A stretch of 64,000 nucleotides of DNA from Parcubacteria group bacterium GW2011_GWA1_56_13 (GCA_001004905.1 LCRY01000002.1:269873-333872); one strand, 5' to 3'. Positions 28,101 to 36,767 are shown, numbered from the stretch's first letter. The notes: generated by a model from the sequence alone, not told the origin. Program-made: numbers and translations.

Positions 28101-30941
28101 TTACGCTACGAGATTAACGATTCTGCCCGGCACATACACGACGCGGGAAGGGGTCTTCCCCGCCAAAGCGGCTGCGACGGCTGGAAGTTTCAAAGCTTCA
28201 GCCAACGCGTCAGCTTCGCCGGCCTCGTTCGGTAACCGAATGCTGCCTCGCTTGCGGCCGGCGACTTGTACAACGACTTCCGCCGTATCCGAAACGAGGT
28301 GCGCCGGATCGTATGCGGGCCAGGACGCAAGGTGGATGGAATACGGTTCGCCAAGCCGCTCCCAGAGTTCCTCGGTGATGTGCGGTGCAAATGGCGCCAA
28401 GAGCCGTAAAAACGCGCTCCACTGTTCATGACCGATCTTCCCCTCCTTCTCGACCGCGTTGAGGAAAATCATCGCCTGACTCACCGCCGTATTGAATTTG
28501 AACGTTTCGATATCTTCCCCTATCTTCTTGATGGTTTGGTGGACAAGCGGGTCGAGTGCCGCAACCGGAGCATCAACGACGAGTTCCTGCCCGGCCCACA
28601 GCCGTTCGAGGAAGCGGGCCGTACCCGCGATAGAGGCCATGCTCCATGCCGTCGTGTTCTCGAACGGACCCATGAACATCTCGTAGGCACGGAATGCGTC
28701 GGCGCCGTACTGTGCGACGACGTCGTCAGGATTGATGACGTTCCCGAGCCGCTTGCTCATTTTGCGTCCGTCTTCGGCGAGGATGAAGCCGAGGAATTCG
28801 AGGCGCGCGAACGGCTCGCTAGTGCTCACGACTGCGATGTCGTACAAAAATTTGTGCCAGAAACGCGCGTAGATGAGATGGCGTACGGCGTGGTCGCCGC
28901 CCACATAGACGTCCACCGGCGCCCAATGCTTTTCATTCTTGGCAGAGACCAATTCGTGGTCGTTATGCGGGTCCATGAACCGGAGGTAATACCAGGAGGA
29001 GCCCGCCCACTGCGGCATGGTGTTCGTTTCTCGTGTCGCGGGACCGCCGCATTTTGGGCAAGACGTGTTGACCCAATCATGTATCGCCGCGAGCGGTGAT
29101 TCGCCCGTCCCGGTCGGTTCATACTGGTCGACGTCGGGAAGCTGTACCGGCAGATCTTCATAGGGGACCGCGACAGCGCCATCCTTCTCGCAGTGGATGA
29201 TGGGGATCGGTTCGCCCCAGTAGCGCTGGCGGGAGAACACCCAGTCGCGAAGTTTGTACCGCACGACTTTTTTCCCGCCTACCGCTCCGGTCATTTCCCA
29301 CTTCGCCTCATCGCTGTTCCTGCCGGTATACTCGCCGGAATTAACGAGCGATCCGGTTCCGGTATACGGAGCCGGCCCGTTCTGCAAAAGACGCAACGAG
29401 TGTTGATGCGTCTCCGGCGTGAGGAATTTCGCAAGCTTGTCGGGCGTAAGCCACAATAATTCGTGCTTTGCTCCTTCTTCGGGTACCACGTCTTCCCGAG
29501 CGTCATCGGCAAGCTCGACGGAAAATATATGTGCATGGACGAGCTGATTTTTCTGTTTCGGCACGTGATAGAAAAGCCCGTCCACGACCCCGAGTTTCCC
29601 CGCGATCCTCGCGTGCAGATAGCCCGTTTCTTCACGGATTTCTTTCAGCACGGTTTCTTCGGGGGTCATTCCCTCTTCGACACCGCCGGTAAGAAATGTA
29701 CCCCAGGTGACATCCTTCCATTTGAGCCCGAGATATTTCTTCTCCTTCCAGTGCCGAATGATGGCGATAACGCCATTCTTTTCCAGGATCGGTTCGCCGG
29801 GACGATAGACGCCCGGCTGCGTCGTCTGAGTGTATCGCTGCGCGATGACCTGCCGGATAGGAAGATCCATCGCGCGTGCAAATTCGAAATCGCGCTCGTC
29901 GTGCGCGGGCACGGCCATGATGGCACCCGTGCCGTATGAGCCAAGCACGTAGTCGGCGACGTATATCGGTATTTCCTCCTTGGTCGCCGGATTCGTCGCC
30001 GTGACGCCTTCAAGCTTCACGCCGGTCTTTTTTTTCCCTTCCGCGCCGCGTTCTATCTCCGTTTTTGCCTCGGCGGCTTTGATATACGCCTCAACTTCCC
30101 TTGTATTCGCGATGCGTTCAAGGAGCGCTTGTCCCGTGGGGCCCTGGCGGAGCAGCGGATGCTCGGGCGCGAGTACGAGGTAGGTCGCGCCGAAGATCGT
30201 GTCCGGACGGGTGGTGAAAACCGTCACGGATCCGTCACCTACCACAAACGGTATCTCCGCGCCTTCGGAGCGGCCGATCCAATTGCGCTGCGCCTCCTTG
30301 ATGTGTTCGGGCCAATTGAGCGCGTTCAGGTCATCGAGCATGCGGTCGGCGTACTCGGTGATCTTGAGCACCCACTGCGGCAGGCGCTTCTTGATCACCG
30401 GCGTTCCGCAGCGCTCGCACACGTTCCCGTCAAGGTCTTCGTTGGCGAGTCCGGTCATGCACGACGGACACCAGTTAATGGGCTCGTCCGACTGGTACGC
30501 GAGTCCTTGCTCGAACAGTTTCAGGAATATCCACTGGGTCCATTTGTAATAGGCGGGGTCCGTCGTGTTTATTTCCCGCGTCCAGTCGTAATCGAAGCCG
30601 AGATGCGCAAGCTGCGCCTTGAAGCGGGCGATGTTCTGTTCGACGGCTTGGCGCGGGTGCGTTTTATTCTTGAGAGCGAAGTTCTCCGCGGGCAGGCCGA
30701 ACGCGTCCCAGCCCATGGGATGCAACACCGAGAATCCCTGCATGCGCTTTTTGCGCGAGAAGACGTCGGTTGCGATATATCCCTTCGGATGGCCAACATG
30801 CAGTCCTTCGCCCGACGGATACGGGAACATGTCGAGAACGTACACCTTCTCTTTCTCCGCGTCTTCGTTCGTGCGATAGAGGCCGTCCCGCTCCCAGCGT
30901 TCCTGCCACTTCTTCTCAATAGATGAACGGTCGTAGGCCAT
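28101..30941 (-). CDS. leuS: leucine--tRNA ligase with an inserted NUDIX-like domain
   Basis: HVGHP, editing domain, KMSKR. About 160 extra residues (aa ~368-528) contain a Nudix-box-like GGVEEGMTPEETVLKEIREETGY. Confidence 0.95.
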   Translation of the reverse strand: MAYDRSSIEKKWQERWERDGLYRTNEDAEKEKVYVLDMFPYPSGEGLHVGHPKGYIATDVFSRKKRMQGFSVLHPMGWDAFGLPAENFALKNKTHPRQAVEQNIARFKAQLAHLGFDYDWTREINTTDPAYYKWTQWIFLKLFEQGLAYQSDEPINWCPSCMTGLANEDLDGNVCERCGTPVIKKRLPQWVLKITEYADRMLDDLNALNWPEHIKEAQRNWIGRSEGAEIPFVVGDGSVTVFTTRPDTIFGATYLVLAPEHPLLRQGPTGQALLERIANTREVEAYIKAAEAKTEIERGAEGKKKTGVKLEGVTATNPATKEEIPIYVADYVLGSYGTGAIMAVPAHDERDFEFARAMDLPIRQVIAQRYTQTTQPGVYRPGEPILEKNGVIAIIRHWKEKKYLGLKWKDVTWGTFLTGGVEEGMTPEETVLKEIREETGYLHARIAGKLGVVDGLFYHVPKQKNQLVHAHIFSVELADDAREDVVPEEGAKHELLWLTPDKLAKFLTPETHQHSLRLLQNGPAPYTGTGSLVNSGEYTGRNSDEAKWEMTGAVGGKKVVRYKLRDWVFSRQRYWGEPIPIIHCEKDGAVAVPYEDLPVQLPDVDQYEPTGTGESPLAAIHDWVNTSCPKCGGPATRETNTMPQWAGSSWYYLRFMDPHNDHELVSAKNEKHWAPVDVYVGGDHAVRHLIYARFWHKFLYDIAVVSTSEPFARLEFLGFILAEDGRKMSKRLGNVINPDDVVAQYGADAFRAYEMFMGPFENTTAWSMASIAGTARFLERLWAGQELVVDAPVAALDPLVHQTIKKIGEDIETFKFNTAVSQAMIFLNAVEKEGKIGHEQWSAFLRLLAPFAPHITEELWERLGEPYSIHLASWPAYDPAHLVSDTAEVVVQVAGRKRGSIRLPNEAGEADALAEALKLPAVAAALAGKTPSRVVYVPGRIVNLVA
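29358..29840 (-). other. NUDIX-hydrolase-like domain inserted in LeuRS between the editing domain and the re-entry to the catalytic core
   Basis: Alignment from memory to E. coli LeuRS around ...VPGHDQRDYEFA...IKPVI...GVLFNSGEFNG... shows ~160 inserted residues; the Nudix box resembles MutT GGKIEMGETPEQAVVRELQEEVGI. Confidence 0.6.
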
Positions 30942-30970
30942 TTCGCCAAGTAGGTGACACCAGCCCGCCG

Positions 30971-31915
30971 TTAGAGTTGTTTGGTGAGCGGCGGATAGAA
31001 GCTAGGGTCAATGGTGCGGTCAAAACAGACCTGACCGCTCCCGTGCTGCCAATTGTCCTGCGCCATTCCCTTGATGCCCTCCGGCACTGCCGGAACGGAA
31101 CGCGCATAGTTCACCCGACTTTCCTTGTTGAACTCCGCGCAAAGCTTGAAGGAAAGCGCTCCGGTAGCCTGATAGATATACTGCTTTCCGGTCTGCGGGT
31201 CTGTCGGCAAAGGGCCGTAGGAGAGAGGGTCGCTTAGAGCCGCAAGCGACGACGGCAGCTGCCGCTTCGCCTGCCAATAGCTCGTAACACGCGACTGGAT
31301 GTCTTGGAGACCGGACACCTTCTGCGCATCGAGCCGTGCGAGGCGCGCATCGGCCGGAGTACCGACGATGAAGAAACCCGACAGTATCGTTACGAACGCG
31401 AGAACCCCGACGCCGATGCCCACAAAGCGTTTCCGTCCGGGGAATCGCTCCCAATACCCCTTGAGGTCGGCGCTGAAGTGCATAAAAGCGCCGGCAGCAA
31501 TGAGCAGGATGACAAGTACCTTGAGAAGAAATGCGGTTGTAAGCTCCTCTCCGTTGAGGAACGTGGTGAGGAGCATGATGAGGTCCACCGCTATCGCTAC
31601 GCCAGCGACAAAAAGCGTGAGAATAAGCGCCCAGCGGCGCACCCAAATGTCCTTGCGGGACGGGTCGCGGGCGATATCTGCGCGAATGAGCCGCATGAGG
31701 AACATATAGAGCGGCAGAAGGACGATGACGGATGCCATCTGGTAACTGATACCGCTCTGGTACGGGTCGGAGGGATAGTACGTGAGTACGTTCGGGAACG
31801 TGTAGTCGATGTAATTGAAAACAAGGAAGATGAACGCGATAATGCTCCAGTAAAATGCGACCATCGCGCCCGCCCACAAAAAGAAATCTTTTGCAGTTAT
31901 TTTCGGTTTGTCCAT
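30971..31915 (-). CDS. hypothetical polytopic membrane protein with a C-terminal extracytoplasmic domain
   Basis: ORF only. An extended -10 (TGGTATAAT) lies 9 nt upstream of the ATG (leaderless-like). Confidence 0.5.
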   Translation of the reverse strand: MDKPKITAKDFFLWAGAMVAFYWSIIAFIFLVFNYIDYTFPNVLTYYPSDPYQSGISYQMASVIVLLPLYMFLMRLIRADIARDPSRKDIWVRRWALILTLFVAGVAIAVDLIMLLTTFLNGEELTTAFLLKVLVILLIAAGAFMHFSADLKGYWERFPGRKRFVGIGVGVLAFVTILSGFFIVGTPADARLARLDAQKVSGLQDIQSRVTSYWQAKRQLPSSLAALSDPLSYGPLPTDPQTGKQYIYQATGALSFKLCAEFNKESRVNYARSVPAVPEGIKGMAQDNWQHGSGQVCFDRTIDPSFYPPLTKQL

Positions 31916-32052
31916 AGAGGCGGATTATACCATAAAAATGATTCACCCCACCGTCCGAGTCCCTGTCGGGGGTGGGGTGTTTGCTACTGCGTCTTGCGGC
32001 GAGGGAGCGGGCGGTCATCGTAGGCCGCCCGCGCCCAGCCGGCGCCCGCGGT

Positions 32053-32154
32053 TCAGCGGCGTAAGCCCTGGACGGCGACCGTCATGCCGAAGTTCATCGA
32101 AATAAGGCCTCTGGCGGTGCTGTTGCGCGGCGGATCCGTTGTGTGCCTTTTCAT
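32053..32154 (-). CDS. candidate 33-aa small ORF with a strong Shine-Dalgarno (AAGGAGAG, 5-nt spacing): MKRHTTDPPRNSTARGLISMNFGMTVAVQGLRR
   Basis: Seen directly, in the intergenic region downstream of ychF. No recognisable homology. Confidence 0.25.
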   Translation of the reverse strand: MKRHTTDPPRNSTARGLISMNFGMTVAVQGLRR

Positions 32155-32254
32155 CTTCTCTCCTTGAAAGAAAAAGAACGCCGCTCCTCCCACATGGCGA
32201 TGTGGTAAGCGACGAAGATATAGTACAACGGTCATTACCTATTTGTCAAGTGCG

Positions 32255-33352
32255 TCAGCCGTGGAGAAAAATTACGACGTCGCCGTCCTGTACGATATAG
32301 TCCTTCCCTTCTGTGCGGACTTTCGCCGCTTCGCGCGCGGCAATCCAGCTGCCTGCGGCAAGCAGATCGTCGGTGGAGACGACTTCGGCGCGAATGAACT
32401 TTTCCATGAAGTCGTGGTGGATAGCGGCGCCCGCGACGGGCGCCGCGCTCCCGGCGGGCACTGTCCACGCGCGGGTCTCGTCCTCTCCGGTCGTGAAAAA
32501 TGAGATGAGGCCGAGCGTGTCATACGCGCCGCGGATAAGACCGGCGAGACCGTCCTCATTCACGCCGAGCTCCTGCCGGAAACCCTGCCGGTCGCTGTCG
32601 GCGACATCATTCAGTTCCCGTTCGGTCGCCGCATCAACCATGACGAAACGCGCGTCGAGTGATTTGATGAGTTCATAGGCGCGCTCCGCGCGACCGTCGA
32701 CAAGCTCGTCGAGGTTATGCCCACCGTTCTTCTGATTGAGCGCGTAGAGAACGGGTTTCATCGTGAGGAGATTCAGGTGCGCGACGCTTTTCTTTTCATC
32801 ATCCGTGAGCGCGGCATGAAGCGCGAACGTTCCCATAGAAAACGCCCGTTCGAGTTTCGTGAGTGCGGCGTCTTCAATTATCGCCTTCTTGTCGCCGGAC
32901 CTGAGGTCTCCGGCGAGCTTATCGCGCCGCTTCCTCACCTGCTCCGCATCGGCAAGCACGAGTTCGAGATTGATTATTTCCATGTCCCGATAGGGTTCAA
33001 CATTCTCTTCCACATGGAGCACGTTCGGGTCATCAAAGAAACGGACGACTTGCAGTATCGCGTCCGTCTCGCGGATGTGCGTGAGGAACTGATTCCCGAG
33101 CCCCTGACCTTCTGCGGCACCCTTTACGAGCCCCGCAATATCCACGAATTCTATGGCCGCCGGAATTGTTTTCGCCGATCTGGAAAGTGTTGACAGTTTT
33201 TCCAGCCGCGCATCCGGGACTCCCACTATCCCGACGGACGGGTCGATGGTGCAGAACGGATAGTTCTCCGCCGGTACCGAGGCCTTCGTCAGTGCGTTAA
33301 ACAATGTCGACTTCCCCACGTTGGGAAGTCCTACGATGCCTATTTTCAGCAT
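32255..33352 (-). CDS. ychF: redox-regulated ribosome-binding ATPase YchF (Obg family)
   Basis: GLPNVGKST, G-domain, TGS domain. Confidence 0.95.
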   Translation of the reverse strand: MLKIGIVGLPNVGKSTLFNALTKASVPAENYPFCTIDPSVGIVGVPDARLEKLSTLSRSAKTIPAAIEFVDIAGLVKGAAEGQGLGNQFLTHIRETDAILQVVRFFDDPNVLHVEENVEPYRDMEIINLELVLADAEQVRKRRDKLAGDLRSGDKKAIIEDAALTKLERAFSMGTFALHAALTDDEKKSVAHLNLLTMKPVLYALNQKNGGHNLDELVDGRAERAYELIKSLDARFVMVDAATERELNDVADSDRQGFRQELGVNEDGLAGLIRGAYDTLGLISFFTTGEDETRAWTVPAGSAAPVAGAAIHHDFMEKFIRAEVVSTDDLLAAGSWIAAREAAKVRTEGKDYIVQDGDVVIFLHG

Positions 33353-33449
33353 GGAGCTACTATCTCATACCTTCAGGATTTATTCACCCACTCCCGATCT
33401 ACCGGGGCGGTCGAGTTGCCCGACAGTCGAGCTCGTGAGGACAGAACGA

Positions 33450-33680
33450 CTATTTCTGCATCAGTGCGGTAAGTTCGGAGCGGTATTTTTTCATTACCTC
33501 CATCGCCGCCTTCATTTCGCTCTCGCCGCCCTTTTTGCGCCGCTCAATCTCCTCGCCTATTTTTTTGAAAAGCTGCGGGTCCTTGGTAACGAGCGCGGTC
33601 ATCTGTTCGCGCTGTTCCTTCGGCACGTCTTTCATTTTCCACTTGGCGTACAGGTTGAGAAGAAAACTTTGAAATGACAT
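33450..33680 (-). CDS. small hypothetical protein
   Basis: ORF only. Confidence 0.35.
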   Translation of the reverse strand: MSFQSFLLNLYAKWKMKDVPKEQREQMTALVTKDPQLFKKIGEEIERRKKGGESEMKAAMEVMKKYRSELTALMQK

Positions 33681-33714
33681 AGGGGGATATGGTAGCACGC
33701 GAATCGAAACGGTG

Positions 33715-34131
33715 TTAGAACCTTGGTCGTTGGGTGATGCCGCGAATGGTGCGCGTACTCAAATACAGGGCGACAAGCGAAAGGATCGCGAGTATCTCGA
33801 CGTACAGGAAGGATGGTTCGAACAAACTTATTCCCGCGCGATAGTGACTCACGGCGGCGATACCGAAAATGAGCGTGCCGAGAGCGGCCAGGATCCCGTT
33901 GAACCAGTGAATTCCCCGTTGAGCCGGGTTGGTAACGCCCGCCGCAACGACGAGTATTACGGCCGAGAACACCGCGCCGGTGGTCGAAAGCGGAAGCTCC
34001 GCGCCGGTAGACTGCGCGACGATGATGAGAACCGCGCCGACCACGAACAGCGCCCGGACCCCGTCGCCGTGATAGTGCGGTATCTCCCGTCGCGGTGGGA
34101 CGCTCTCTCCGCCATCTTCGCCGAAGGCCAT
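33715..34131 (-). CDS. small hypothetical membrane protein
   Basis: Four predicted TM helices. Confidence 0.45.
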   Translation of the reverse strand: MAFGEDGGESVPPRREIPHYHGDGVRALFVVGAVLIIVAQSTGAELPLSTTGAVFSAVILVVAAGVTNPAQRGIHWFNGILAALGTLIFGIAAVSHYRAGISLFEPSFLYVEILAILSLVALYLSTRTIRGITQRPRF

Positions 34132-34229
34132 ATCTCCCCAAGTATACGCCTGTCAAGATATGCGCAAGCCCCCATGGGGATAGCCAAAAAAGACCGCGAC
34201 GCGTGGTCGCGGCCCGTCCTCCGAGGATA

Positions 34230-34700
34230 TCAGGCGCTTAGGAATATCCGGTTGTCTTCCCAAGCGAACTGCCCGCCTCTTTTGACGCGAATCCGCCTGC
34301 CAGGTCCGCGCTCGACGACAAGGTACGAGCCTTTCCTTGGGTGCAATTCGGCGACGATGGCCATGAGGAGCGCCCACGCGGCTTTCGAATTGTCCTTCGT
34401 GTAGTTGCAAAGCTGTACTTCGCCCTGCAGGTGAAGGTCCTGCGGCCACGTTTCGGTCCGTACATGCGATTCCTGGATCGATTCGAACACCGACATCGCT
34501 CCCGGTTCCCAGCCATGACCCTCGTCGACGAAACCCGAGCGCCAGGTCATTTCGACCCGTTTGATCGCTTCGCGGATGACCCGGCGGAGATTTTCCCGCT
34601 CGAATATGCCGAAGCGCTTTGCGTCTTCCGCGGTGAAGTACAAGTCGAACAGGATGTTCGTACTGCCGCGCCCGCGTTGGCGCGATGTCCCTTGCTCCAT
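34230..34700 (-). CDS. hypothetical protein
   Basis: ORF only; plausible composition compared with the Arg-rich overlapping frame. Confidence 0.4.
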   Translation of the reverse strand: MEQGTSRQRGRGSTNILFDLYFTAEDAKRFGIFERENLRRVIREAIKRVEMTWRSGFVDEGHGWEPGAMSVFESIQESHVRTETWPQDLHLQGEVQLCNYTKDNSKAAWALLMAIVAELHPRKGSYLVVERGPGRRIRVKRGGQFAWEDNRIFLSA

Positions 34701-34881
34701 GATGTGTCTCCTTCCGTAAGGACATCCGCACCATTGCGGATGCTGACTATACTAAGGAGTAGTATAGGAAAAATTACAGAATACGTATGCCCAAAGGCAA
34801 CGCCTGTGGACAGCGTGTTGCGTATCGCCCAAGGGAGTATACTGTACGGGTCTGTTAGCATTAAGAAATAAACCCTGCACT

Positions 34882-35133
34882 ATGGCAATGAATCCAGCTC
34901 TGTCTAAGCCGCTTAATCTCTCCGCCGACCTCGAAGCGGTCGTCGGCAAGGGACCGCTCCCGAGAACCGAAGTGGTGAAGAAACTGTGGGAGTACATCAA
35001 GAAGAATAACCTTCAGAATCCGCAAAATAAGAGGAATATCCTCGCGGATGACAAATTGAAGGCGATATTCGGCGGCAAGAGCGAAGTTACCATGTTCGAG
35101 ATGACCAAACTCGTCTCGGCGCACATGAAATAG
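34882..35133 (+). CDS. SWIB/MDM2 domain protein
   Basis: LPRTEVVKKLWEYIKKNNLQNPQNKRNILADDKLKAIFGG...MFEMTKLVSAHMK. Confidence 0.85.
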   Translation: MAMNPALSKPLNLSADLEAVVGKGPLPRTEVVKKLWEYIKKNNLQNPQNKRNILADDKLKAIFGGKSEVTMFEMTKLVSAHMK

Positions 35134-35149
35134 CGCCGATAGGCATACG

Positions 35150-35187
35150 GAAGCAAAACCCGCCAAAGGCGGGTTTTGCTTTTACGG
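35150..35187. terminator. bidirectional intrinsic terminator between the SWIB gene (+) and mscL (-)
   Basis: gcaaaacccgcc-aaa-ggcgggttttgc, flanked by A/T runs on both sides. Confidence 0.75.
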
Positions 35188-35583
35188 AACGGCCTGCGTG
35201 CAGAATTTACAGCGCTTTGCGGTGATAGGTATCTCGCTTAGGCACTCCTGGCATTTTTTGGTCGTTGGGTCCGCCGGAGGCCCTTTATGCGAATGGGAAA
35301 TAAGCAGGTTTATCGGTTTTACGATAAAAAAGAAGACGGTTGTGGCGATGAGCAGGAAGGAAATGAGCGCGTTGAGGAAATGTCCGTAGAGGAACTTGCT
35401 GCCATTCACCGTGAAAGAGAGGTCGCTAAAATCAGGGACCATGGCGATAGCCGCGATGAGTGGGGTGATGAAGTCCGAGACGAGCGCCGTCACCACCGCT
35501 CCGAAAGCCGCGCCGATCACGACGCCAACGGCGAGGTCGATCACGTTCCCGCGCAATAGGAATTGTTTCAGTTCTTTCAGCAT
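35182..35583 (-). CDS. mscL: large-conductance mechanosensitive channel MscL with a C-terminal Cys4 zinc-ribbon tail
   Basis: MLKELKQFLLRGNVIDLAVGVVIGAAFG...; C-terminus KKCQEC...RCKFC. Confidence 0.9.
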   Translation of the reverse strand: MLKELKQFLLRGNVIDLAVGVVIGAAFGAVVTALVSDFITPLIAAIAMVPDFSDLSFTVNGSKFLYGHFLNALISFLLIATTVFFFIVKPINLLISHSHKGPPADPTTKKCQECLSEIPITAKRCKFCTQAVP

Positions 35584-35622
35584 GGGGAAAGTATACCAGG
35601 ACCGATCCGTTCACTGAATTTG

Positions 35623-35695
35623 TGGACCCGAGGGGAATCGAACCCCTTGCCTCGTGCATGCCATGCACGCGCTCTACCAAGTGAGCTACGGGCCC
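35623..35695 (-). tRNA. tRNA-Ala (anticodon GGC)
   Basis: Manual cloverleaf: acceptor GGGCCCG with the G3:U70 Ala identity pair; anticodon loop ATGGCAT. Confidence 0.85.
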
Positions 35696-36381
35696 TTTTT
35701 ACTAAAACTCGTCATCACCTGTTGGGCTATTCGTTTCAGTTCCAAATCAACGGCCGAAGAGAAATAATCGATGCGGCATACTCCTTTGTACTCTCTCTTC
35801 TCAGAGACTCGTCCCAAAGTCCGTTTATCGACCCGCGCTCCGTAGAACTGACTAAGAGGAATTCTCGTTGTTTCTGACCAGAACTTTTCAAGTTTTTTGA
35901 TATCCTGGTCGGCCCTACACTGCAGGGTGCAGCGGAACTTTCGTTCGTCTAATTTGTAGCATTCTCTCATTAAGTTTACAAACATAAGCACTATCGCTGG
36001 ATCAGAATTGCCGAACATCAGCGAGCCACGAGATGATTTGGACCCTTCGGCGAGATAAAGGACGGCTAAGACAATCTTTCTTGTGCGATTGTCTGCGGCA
36101 AAAACATGGAGTAAATCCTTATTTTGCGCGTCCAAACTTTCAAAGAAGGCTTGTTGGCGCTCTTTTCTCTTTCTGGAGGAGATCTCCTGGGCTTTGGCGA
36201 AGTTCAACTTGTTCAGCTTTTGTACCTTAACGTGATAACTTCTCGGCAAAGTGATATTCCGGCACCAGTAACTCAATGTGCTCTTGGGAATGTCAATCTT
36301 CAGAAGCCTCTTGATTTCAGAGTACGTCTTGCCTTTCCGACGAAGCTGCGCCGCTCGTTCTTGCGATGATACCGGCAACAT
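35686..36381 (-). CDS. low-GC ORF with an N-terminal HTH and a LAGLIDADG-like motif (LAVLYLAEGS); putative homing-endonuclease-like protein; the stop overlaps the tRNA-Ala(GGC) 5' end by ~10 nt
   Basis: Motif comparison with LAGLIDADG (LAGLIDADGS); local GC ~45% versus ~60% background. Confidence 0.4.
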   Translation of the reverse strand: MLPVSSQERAAQLRRKGKTYSEIKRLLKIDIPKSTLSYWCRNITLPRSYHVKVQKLNKLNFAKAQEISSRKRKERQQAFFESLDAQNKDLLHVFAADNRTRKIVLAVLYLAEGSKSSRGSLMFGNSDPAIVLMFVNLMRECYKLDERKFRCTLQCRADQDIKKLEKFWSETTRIPLSQFYGARVDKRTLGRVSEKREYKGVCRIDYFSSAVDLELKRIAQQVMTSFSKKGP

Positions 36382-36436
36382 GGGAATATTGTACCCCTAA
36401 TACCTCCATCGGCACTTGCGCACCGTGTACAATTTG

Positions 36437-36474
36437 TGGACCGTAGCGGATTTGAACCGCTGACCTCGTCAATG
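36437..36474 (-). repeat. tRNA-Ala 3'-half fragment (anticodon-stem 3' strand, variable loop, T-arm, acceptor 3' strand)
   Basis: CATTGACGAGGTCAGCGGTTCAAATCCGCTACGGTCCA; pairs with the 5' half at 36593..36623, including G3:U70. Confidence 0.7.
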
Positions 36475-36499
36475 TTCACCCCGTTAGATATCTCTTCGG

Positions 36500-36572
36500 T
36501 GGACCTGGGGGGATTTGAACCCCCTACCTCGTCAATGCGAATGACGCGCTCTACCAATTGAGCTACAGGCCC
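36500..36572 (-). tRNA. tRNA-Ala (anticodon CGC), flanked by 12-bp inverted repeats and nested between two halves of another tRNA-Ala
   Basis: Cloverleaf: GGGCCTG...G3:U70; anticodon loop TTCGCAT. Flanks ccccgttagata (36479..36490) and tatctaacgggg (36577..36588). Confidence 0.85.
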
Positions 36573-36592
36573 ATATTATCTAACGGGGCGCG

Positions 36593-36623
36593 TGACGCGC
36601 TCTACCAGCTGAGCTAACGGCCC
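36593..36623 (-). repeat. tRNA-Ala 5'-half fragment (acceptor 5' strand, D-arm, anticodon-stem 5' strand)
   Basis: GGGCCGTTAGCTCAGCTGGTAGAGCGCGTCA. Confidence 0.7.
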
Positions 36624-36744
36624 AAACATGAACAGAACGGACTGGCGGGCAGGCAGGTAAGGATAACGCGCTCTACTGCAAGAAGCGAGGCGAAATAAAA
36701 TTCGATTTATTTCTGCCGAGCGCCGCAGCAGAAAGCCCGCAGGG

Positions 36745-36767
36745 CTTACCAGCTGAGCTAACGGCCC
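36745..36767 (-). repeat. second copy of the tRNA-Ala 5' fragment (GGGCCGTTAGCTCAGCTGGTAAG)
   Basis: 21-nt identity with the 5' half at 36593..36623. Confidence 0.6.

Noticed and set aside
31020-32018. 332-aa minus ORF overlapping the membrane-protein gene in another frame
   Set aside because: Arg/His-rich alternative frame of 30971..31915; the latter has coherent TM helices.
36300-36557. 85-aa minus ORF containing GGSNP motifs
   Set aside because: Translation across tRNA genes (the T-loop GGTTCGAATCC gives GSNP); not protein-coding.
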